This document shows, in pieces, positions 1 to 6,851 of a stretch of DNA of 28,864 nt. Both the position numbers and the translations under genes were made by a program. The number at the start of each line of letters is the position of its first letter. Position 1 is the stretch's first letter. The stretch comes from a virus (lineage: Duplodnaviria; Caudoviricetes): positions 1 through 28,864 of IMG/VR virus record IMGVR_UViG_3300016665_000029; one strand, given 5' to 3'. The notes below the pieces were generated by a model. The model saw only the letters and a program-made list of their open reading frames with translations, ran no database searches and was not told the origin of the DNA.

Positions 1-113
1 AGGTGCTTAATGGTTACTGGTTTGCTGGCATAGGCCCGTGCAGACGCCTCGGTAACTCGCAGTGCATCCGGCTCTCGGTGGTCTACGCCAATGTAGTAGG
101 CAAATTTAGACAT
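1..113 (-). CDS. 5' end of a putative nucleotide-sugar glycosyltransferase (GT-A fold); runs off the left edge
   Basis: Not in the ORF track. My translation from ATG at 113 is MSKFAYYIGVDHREPDALRVTEASARAYASKPVTIKH. This matches the N-terminal 'IG(Y/V)DxRE...S....S.P..I' pattern I recognise from phage/bacterial GT-A glycosyltransferases. Only 37 codons are visible. Confidence 0.6.
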   Translation of the reverse strand, partial: MSKFAYYIGVDHREPDALRVTEASARAYASKPVTIKH

Positions 114-119
114 ACGAAC

Positions 120-148
120 AAGATACTATTCCTATTGTCCATATGCAA
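120..148 (-). promoter_or_regulatory. sigma70-like promoter for the glycosyltransferase-like gene (probably leaderless)
   Basis: Minus strand reads TTGCAT (148-143), 17-nt spacer, TATCTT (125-120), 6 nt, then ATG (113). It lies in an AT-rich intergenic gap. Confidence 0.5.
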
Positions 149-156
149 CTTTTTAA

Positions 157-3100
157 TTAGGATCGTGGTAGGATGCCTTGGCGGCGCAGCTCTTCGATCA
201 ATTCGGGACGGGCAGGCTGCCGAGTTTCTTGAATCAATACTTCCGGTGCCCCACGGCCTTTCAAGTCTTTGATTGCCCGCTCACGAACCGCAGACAAGTT
301 GATGTTGACCCGGCTGGCCCAAGGCTTGCCTTCGTTTTCCCTATTGATTTCAGCGACCCGTTCACGGAACTGAAGCAAGGCTTCAGCGGTTTTTGCGGTG
401 TCGTTTGCATTGCGGGCTTCGAAGATGCGGAGTTGGATGCGGGCTAGTTCCTTGTGGACTTTCTCGGTCGCGCTCTGCATCTGCGTATTGAGTTCTTGCT
501 GACGGCCAATTCGTTCGCGGATATTAACAAATTCCGGGGGAGGCAGACCAATGGCTTGACGAATGCTGGCAGATGCAACGCCTTCCTTACGGACGTCTTC
601 GGGGGTAATGGTGCGTGTACCACGGCGAGACCACTGTTCTTCGGCCATAGCGAGCTGGGCGCCCTTCACCACATTACCAACCGCACGGGGTAACATGGTT
701 GCAGCCAGACCCCAGTAATCGCCATTGGCATAGTATTGACCAGCCAGCGGGAACTTCTCGATCAGGCCGCCGACAGGACCAAACAGCGAGAGCGTCGAGG
801 CAGACAGCAGTTCTTCGGCAGGCATTGGATCAATGGCCAACCGCTTTTGCAGGCTGACGTAGCCATAGGCGTGGGGCAAACCGTTGTTGATAATGGAAGC
901 AAAGCGATTGCCGTCCAGCATCTTTTCGATTTCGACTTTGAAGTTGACGGGGGTGCCCCAAACAAACTTGATGAGGCGTTCGGTGATTTCACGCAGACTG
1001 TCAGCGAAGGGTAGTGCCCAGATACCTGCGAAGGTGATGAGAGGTGCAAGGAGACCAGCCAGCATTACCGCACCAGCTTTGGCCAGAACCGGATCACCTT
1101 TGGCAATACCGCGCACCAGCATGGAACCATGGCGAGCATACATCTCAACCATCTTGAGCGGGAAGGACATGAACTGGGTGGCAACTTCGGCAGCAGGCGT
1201 GAAGCGTTGGATGAGTGCCCGGTCTTCCTTCGAAGTGATGAACTGCGTGTCGAACACTACACCAGCAGCGTAGTCATAGGGATTACTGTAGGAGGTGTTG
1301 TCAATACGGTTGGCGGTCTGCATTGCAGAGGGGTTGGCCTTGGCCATCCGGTAGGCAGCAATGAAGGTCGAGACGCGGTTGAACTCTTCAGCGGCCTGCA
1401 TAAATCTACCGGAGAAGTCAGCCAGCTTGTTGATGCCGTTGGCAACCGCAGAAGCGTTTTTGATGCCGAGGGTACGCAGCGAATCGACAGAGACTTGGCC
1501 CCGGCTTTCGTTGGTGTAGATCGGCGTGAAGATGCCTTGGTTGCGAGCCTGAGTTAGAGCGTCGACTTCATCTTTGGAAAGGATTTTCTTTTTGATGATG
1601 GCGTCGGTGTAGCCCAAGTCGCGGCCAAACAGCTTGCCAACTTCCAAAGTACCAAGGCTGGTAGCAAGAGAGGAGCCATAGTATTTGGAAGCTTCGGCAC
1701 CACCATCGCGCAACAACCGGGGATAGGCGACGAACGGACCCTGTGTCATATTGATAAGGGCGGTATCGATGGCGGCACCCAGGTACATGAAGAAGGCCAA
1801 AGCCCGTGCAGTACCAAACGCTTCCGAGGGAACAGTGGAATAGTTGAGGAGGTCGTTCCAGTAGGCGCGGTCATTCGGAGTAAGTGGGGCAACAGCCTTG
1901 GCAAAGTCATCGCGGATATATTCACGAGCCTGGATTTTAGCAGCCGACAAGAAGTACTTGGGCAGGATGTCCATGATGTACTCGGCAGCATTGTCAGGGG
2001 TAACAGCGCGCAGGATGTCTTTGTTGGGCCTAAAGATTTGATCCATCTTGGCTTTGTTGATTTCGGCTGACATGCGTTCGATGATGCGCTTGCCTTCCGA
2101 AGTACTGACCCGACTAAGCTCTTGCAGGTATTGGGCGATGAAGTCACCATCCTTGCGGACCTGTTGTGCACGAGCGTCGTTCTCAGCTTGCATGCCCCTG
2201 TCCATAATGACGAACTGATCGGGGTCGCTGAACTCTTGGCGCAAATAGTTGATGGCCCGCGCTTCAGGGTCTTGGAATCCAAGAAAACTTTGCCGCTTAT
2301 TCAGAGGATTGTAGAAGTAGATGCGGACCAAATCCTTTTCACCGCCCGGCAACTTCCTGTAGGCTGCAACGAAGTGTGTGCCCAAACTGACTTGAGGAAA
2401 GAAGAACTTATCACGGAGCTGGTTGTAGGTTTGGATTTCACGGAAGCCAATGGGCGAAGCATCTTGCAGAACTTGCGGGTCCATGTCCGTGATTAAACGG
2501 GTGCCCTTCTGCTGTTGAAATGCTTCAAGACGCGCACGGTCTTCTGGCGTTTTAGCATTCTTTGGATCATAGTACTCTCTGACATAGGAGTCAATAAAAT
2601 AATCATAAGCGCGTTGGCCGGTCTTGAAGAGCGATTCCATTGCGGCGTATTCTTCAGGCGTGAACGCATCCCGGTTCGGCATCTGCTGGCGGCTACGAGC
2701 TTCCTGCATAGCTAATGCGATCTTGGAACGGGACTCCTCCGACAACTGAGCAGCGGGTTCCATCAGTTGAGAGAACTCAGTGGTGGCTTCTTGGCTGCGA
2801 GTGTAGAGTCGCTTTATCGCGTCGGCAACGGCCTTGAAGATTGGTTTCACCTTGGCCAATGTCATGATAGGCGACGACAGATACTTCATAATGGGGTTAG
2901 TGATGCTGTCCTTGTATTGCCGTTCAAGGAGTTGCTTGCCCTGTTCAGCGGATACAAGTTCAGGACCTTCCATCAAAGTGCTTTCGGCAGACTTCGAAGT
3001 GGGAGGAGGCGGTGCAGGAGCAGCCTGTTGAGTTGGTGTAGTGGGGCGTGCAGCCGGGGGAGGAACAGCATTAGTAGCCGGAGTCGGAGCTACTTGGGGA

Positions 3101-5052
3101 GCACGTGCATTGATGAAGCTGTTGATGACTTCGGGTTGAGCTTCCGGTGCAGCCTTGCTAAGTTCCTGGGCGAAGCGTGTCAACTCGGGCCGTGTGAAGG
3201 GGCGCTTGCGGATTGCTGCGATATTGCGGGCTTGCGTTACGAAGGGGCTGTTAGCTTGGGGTCCAGCCGTCAGAGAGTAGCCTTGCCACAAAGCAGCCTC
3301 ATCACGGGGTTCAACCGTAGGTTGTATCGGCTGGGCACCAACTTGCTGCATGATAGGAGCATCGAGGGTACCAGCTTCTTTCCGTTCTGTGAAAGCTTGG
3401 ATTGCCTGTTGCTCTTCAGCGCGAGTAGGTTGCGGAGCCGGTGGTGCCTGAGTGGAGATGGCGTAAGTTTTGGGTGAGGTTTTGATTAGGTAGCCAGCGT
3501 CGGCAAGCGCATTGAGTTCGTCGGTGATTGACTTGAGTTCGGTCTTGGAGGGGCGACCAGGGTCAATGTCACGGGAACTCAGGGCAGCGCGAGCTACGTT
3601 ATTGGCTGTGAAGGAATTGAGATTGATGTCGCCGTAACCAGCAGCCGTTGCCATGTTGCCCAGAAGTTGGGAGGCTTGCACTTGGCGGTTGACGGGCATC
3701 TGAGTTTCGACGTCAGGCTGGGGAGCAGGTACGCCCAAGAACTCATTGACGGCTTGTTGGCGGGTGGCGTTTACGGTCTTTTGCCAATCTGCTACCCGAG
3801 CTGCGTTGACGAATTGAGTGGCAGCTTCAGGGGTAGGCATTGTGACAGGCGGCGTGAACTGCGGATTCTCTGCTAAGAAGGTTTCCGTTTCAGCAGGAGA
3901 TACGAAGGGGCGCGGACGTTCCGGCAAAGTCAGTGGAGGAGGCGGTTTATATGCGGGGGCCTCGGCCTCTGGAGCAGCAGCAGCAGGAGCTTGAGCTTCA
4001 CCTGTGGGTTGAGCGGCACTGCTGGGGGCACCTTCGACTGGAGCAGCGGGTTGGGCAGCACGTTGTTCGAAACCGGCAGGGGCAGTTAGTTCTGGTAGGG
4101 GAGGGGGAGCAGGACGGGCACCAAAGGCAGCACGAGTAACACCGCCCATGATACCGCCACCAACTGCACCGCCAACTCCCGCCTGCAAGTATTCACGTTC
4201 AGCTTCTTCGCCAGTGATGGGGAGACCCGCTTGCAACCGCTCAATAGCTGTTTGGCCGACTTCGACGGCAGCTTCAGAGGGAGCACCAACGGCAGTACCT
4301 CTTAGGAAGCGTTGACCCAGAGTGCCAGCGGCCTCGGTAACGGGTTTGCGAAGGAGCCGAGAAGCACCCAAGGTAAGAACGTCGGCAGCACTTTCGAGAG
4401 CGGCTTGGGGAACAGCGGCAATAGCGGCAGCACCGGGACTCGGGATGCGTTCTATTTGACGGGGAGTTACGCCTTGCTCTTTGGCCGCTTCTTGGATTTG
4501 CCGTTCGACGTCGGAACCCACCATGAAAGGATAGGCAGCAGCAGCACCACCAACTAAGCCGCCGATGATAGCACCGCGACCACCACCTATCTGACGGCCC
4601 TTTCGAGCACCGGCTAGGGCACCACCGATACCAGCGGCAGATTGGGGAGCAGAGCCTGCAACAATTTCAGTGGCACCTCGGATAGCTTCGCCTGGGCCTT
4701 TGGCTTCCATGATGTCGGTGCGAAGTTGGGACGGGAACTCAGCTTCAGCTTCTACTGCATTTCGCAGGCGCCCTTCCCTACCGAATTGACGAAGGCTTTC
4801 TAGGTTGGTGATCTGACCCAGGTTTTCAGCCGCGCCATAGAGAGCACCTTGAGCCTGATCGATAGCACTAGCAATACCTGCCGTAGCAGACCTGCCAACA
4901 CCTACCCGAGACTCACGCCATTTCTGAAACTCGTCGGGGAACTCCGCTTGGAAGTATTGACGCGCCCGTGCCTTAACTTCATTGTCCCTCCCCTCCGGCC
5001 CTTCCATTTCGACGATGACACCATTGGGAAGCGGAACTCGATATAAAGGCAT
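157..5052 (-). CDS. large internal virion / DNA-ejection protein (1631 aa)
   Basis: Largest ORF and last gene of the structural operon. Gly/Ala-rich hydrophobic N-terminal segments (GAIIGGLVGGAAAAYP), Pro/Ala/Gln linkers, and a long helical C-terminal region with a hydrophobic stretch (AVMLAGLLAPLITFAGIWALPF). Size and position are typical of podovirus ejectosome proteins. Confidence 0.7.
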   Translation of the reverse strand: MPLYRVPLPNGVIVEMEGPEGRDNEVKARARQYFQAEFPDEFQKWRESRVGVGRSATAGIASAIDQAQGALYGAAENLGQITNLESLRQFGREGRLRNAVEAEAEFPSQLRTDIMEAKGPGEAIRGATEIVAGSAPQSAAGIGGALAGARKGRQIGGGRGAIIGGLVGGAAAAYPFMVGSDVERQIQEAAKEQGVTPRQIERIPSPGAAAIAAVPQAALESAADVLTLGASRLLRKPVTEAAGTLGQRFLRGTAVGAPSEAAVEVGQTAIERLQAGLPITGEEAEREYLQAGVGGAVGGGIMGGVTRAAFGARPAPPPLPELTAPAGFEQRAAQPAAPVEGAPSSAAQPTGEAQAPAAAAPEAEAPAYKPPPPLTLPERPRPFVSPAETETFLAENPQFTPPVTMPTPEAATQFVNAARVADWQKTVNATRQQAVNEFLGVPAPQPDVETQMPVNRQVQASQLLGNMATAAGYGDINLNSFTANNVARAALSSRDIDPGRPSKTELKSITDELNALADAGYLIKTSPKTYAISTQAPPAPQPTRAEEQQAIQAFTERKEAGTLDAPIMQQVGAQPIQPTVEPRDEAALWQGYSLTAGPQANSPFVTQARNIAAIRKRPFTRPELTRFAQELSKAAPEAQPEVINSFINARAPQVAPTPATNAVPPPAARPTTPTQQAAPAPPPPTSKSAESTLMEGPELVSAEQGKQLLERQYKDSITNPIMKYLSSPIMTLAKVKPIFKAVADAIKRLYTRSQEATTEFSQLMEPAAQLSEESRSKIALAMQEARSRQQMPNRDAFTPEEYAAMESLFKTGQRAYDYFIDSYVREYYDPKNAKTPEDRARLEAFQQQKGTRLITDMDPQVLQDASPIGFREIQTYNQLRDKFFFPQVSLGTHFVAAYRKLPGGEKDLVRIYFYNPLNKRQSFLGFQDPEARAINYLRQEFSDPDQFVIMDRGMQAENDARAQQVRKDGDFIAQYLQELSRVSTSEGKRIIERMSAEINKAKMDQIFRPNKDILRAVTPDNAAEYIMDILPKYFLSAAKIQAREYIRDDFAKAVAPLTPNDRAYWNDLLNYSTVPSEAFGTARALAFFMYLGAAIDTALINMTQGPFVAYPRLLRDGGAEASKYYGSSLATSLGTLEVGKLFGRDLGYTDAIIKKKILSKDEVDALTQARNQGIFTPIYTNESRGQVSVDSLRTLGIKNASAVANGINKLADFSGRFMQAAEEFNRVSTFIAAYRMAKANPSAMQTANRIDNTSYSNPYDYAAGVVFDTQFITSKEDRALIQRFTPAAEVATQFMSFPLKMVEMYARHGSMLVRGIAKGDPVLAKAGAVMLAGLLAPLITFAGIWALPFADSLREITERLIKFVWGTPVNFKVEIEKMLDGNRFASIINNGLPHAYGYVSLQKRLAIDPMPAEELLSASTLSLFGPVGGLIEKFPLAGQYYANGDYWGLAATMLPRAVGNVVKGAQLAMAEEQWSRRGTRTITPEDVRKEGVASASIRQAIGLPPPEFVNIRERIGRQQELNTQMQSATEKVHKELARIQLRIFEARNANDTAKTAEALLQFRERVAEINRENEGKPWASRVNINLSAVRERAIKDLKGRGAPEVLIQETRQPARPELIEELRRQGILPRS

Positions 5053-5891
5053 TATTCAATCCCACCAAGATTGCGGACATCTTGACGAGGTTGCTGTTCA
5101 CCACCCGCAGGTGCGTTAGCTAGACTTGGAAGCAATAGACGCGCACGTTCTTCAATCAAAGCTGCACGTTCTGCTTCAGGCCGTTGCCCAAACATCTGGT
5201 CTTCGCGTTGAAGTTGGGCAGCAGCGGCTTGCCTTGCTCTTAGCATCAGAGCTTCTTGACGCATAGCAGTTGCATCCATGGTTGCCCGCGCAGTATTCAG
5301 GCCAATTCTGGAACGCAACTCAGCAGCTTGGGCGCGACGCAGTTCCCGCATTTCAGGATCGTTGAGTTCCGCCTCCCGAAGACGAGCTTGCTCACGGCGA
5401 TACAGGTCTTCAATTTCGGTGGCTGCCGCTTGACGGAGGTCTTGATTACGCTGCCGCTCTGCATCACTCTGGGCTTTCAAACCTTCGCCGAGCATCGTGA
5501 AGAAGTTGGGACTACGAGAAGCAAGCATGCCTGCACCCAGATCACCAACCCGTTGAAGCGGACCCCCTTCGATGTTAGCAGTCATGCGTTCACGGAGTCG
5601 GTCGAGCAAAGAAGGTTGAGCAGTGCTTGCACCGCCCGTAGGTTGTTCAGCCGCAGCCGGTTGTGTTTGTGCTGGAGCGCCCATTCCTGTACGACCGGGA
5701 GGAGAAGTCGAGGCTGCGCCCTGCGTTACCGGAGCGGTAGTTGTGCTAGAAGCTGGCGCGCCAGCAGGTTGAGCAGGTTGAGCAGGTGTCTGACCCCGCA
5801 GATAATCCAGCATTGGACCACCGCCGTAGGCTCCACCTAAACCAGCGCCACCAAGAGCCAACAAATTACGGAGAACAGTTAGGTAGGACAT
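5052..5891 (-). CDS. putative internal virion / ejection protein (279 aa)
   Basis: Hydrophobic Gly-rich N-terminus, a Pro/Ala/Thr linker and an Arg/Glu/Ala coiled-coil C-terminus. Its stop overlaps the start of the 1631-aa gene (TAATG). Confidence 0.6.
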   Translation of the reverse strand: MSYLTVLRNLLALGGAGLGGAYGGGPMLDYLRGQTPAQPAQPAGAPASSTTTAPVTQGAASTSPPGRTGMGAPAQTQPAAAEQPTGGASTAQPSLLDRLRERMTANIEGGPLQRVGDLGAGMLASRSPNFFTMLGEGLKAQSDAERQRNQDLRQAAATEIEDLYRREQARLREAELNDPEMRELRRAQAAELRSRIGLNTARATMDATAMRQEALMLRARQAAAAQLQREDQMFGQRPEAERAALIEERARLLLPSLANAPAGGEQQPRQDVRNLGGIE

Positions 5892-5906
5892 GCTTTCAAT
5901 CCTATG

Positions 5907-6851
5907 TTATTTCAACCAGCTCCAAATTGCATTAGCACCCTCAATAACTTTGGGAGCTGCTGCAACGGTGCCGAGGACAGAGCCTAGAACATTTGGACCA
6001 GGGGATGCAGATGTGCCGACCGAACCGATGCCGAGCGTTGTAGAGCCAAGACCCAGTGCCCCGCGCAAAGCTTCCATGCCACGCAACGGATAGTCACGCT
6101 GCTCTTCAAATTCTTTGCGGAGAACATCGAGGCGAGCTTGATCGAGGGCCTGTTGTGCTGTACCAATCTGTAGCATCGGCGTAAATTCAGTAGCAAGGCG
6201 ACCGGCAGTTTGTTGCATACCCGTACCAAGTTGCGATTGCATGCCTGCGTAGAGTGCCGGGATATTGGCTTGGTCTTTGCGGAACTGTTCGATAGCTTGG
6301 TTGTATGCTTTGGCACGTTCAGCTGCGGTGAGTTCGCCGATGTTTCGTTGGGTACCGCGTTCCAATTCGGACTCAGCTATGGCTTGGCGAGAACCCCCGA
6401 AGGAGCCTGTGCGTGCAGACTGTTGGCCGAGCCGGAGGCGTTCATTAGCAGCGCGTTCTTGGATGGCACGGATAGCAGGGTCGAGTACTTCTTGAGTATA
6501 GGGCGACATATACGCTGAGAGATTTGCTTCGGGCAAAGTTTTTGCCAGAGCTTGGGAAGCGTTTAGGCCTCGTTCAAGAATGGGATTGATGAAGTTGGCA
6601 AGGCCGCCTGTAGATTGTGCGATGTCTCGGACATTGCCGAATGCGGTTTGCGTATCTTGAGAGAAGGGTGCTACACGAGGAATTGCTTGGCCCGTTGCCG
6701 TCTTGTATTCAGCATAGGGTTCCGCAGCAAAAGCTTGAGCACGTGCCAACAAATCTTTGCGGGCAGCTTCCACATCGGCAGGAACGGTGGGTGTCTGGGA
6801 GGTAGTAGTGGTTTGTTTACCAAGGCCCAGAAGGTCTTCAATCCAGCCCAT
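5907..6851 (-). CDS. putative internal virion / DNA-transfer protein (314 aa)
   Basis: Gln/Ala-rich helical protein with YMSPYTQEV and GSFGGSRQAIAE motifs and a Gly-rich hydrophobic C-terminus, as seen in podovirus ejection proteins. Synteny downstream of the nozzle supports this. Confidence 0.65.
   Translation of the reverse strand: MGWIEDLLGLGKQTTTTSQTPTVPADVEAARKDLLARAQAFAAEPYAEYKTATGQAIPRVAPFSQDTQTAFGNVRDIAQSTGGLANFINPILERGLNASQALAKTLPEANLSAYMSPYTQEVLDPAIRAIQERAANERLRLGQQSARTGSFGGSRQAIAESELERGTQRNIGELTAAERAKAYNQAIEQFRKDQANIPALYAGMQSQLGTGMQQTAGRLATEFTPMLQIGTAQQALDQARLDVLRKEFEEQRDYPLRGMEALRGALGLGSTTLGIGSVGTSASPGPNVLGSVLGTVAAAPKVIEGANAIWSWLK

Noticed and set aside
3-272. 89-aa plus-strand ORF
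   Set aside because: Overlaps two minus-strand genes and their promoter; the minus-strand reading gives a recognisable motif.
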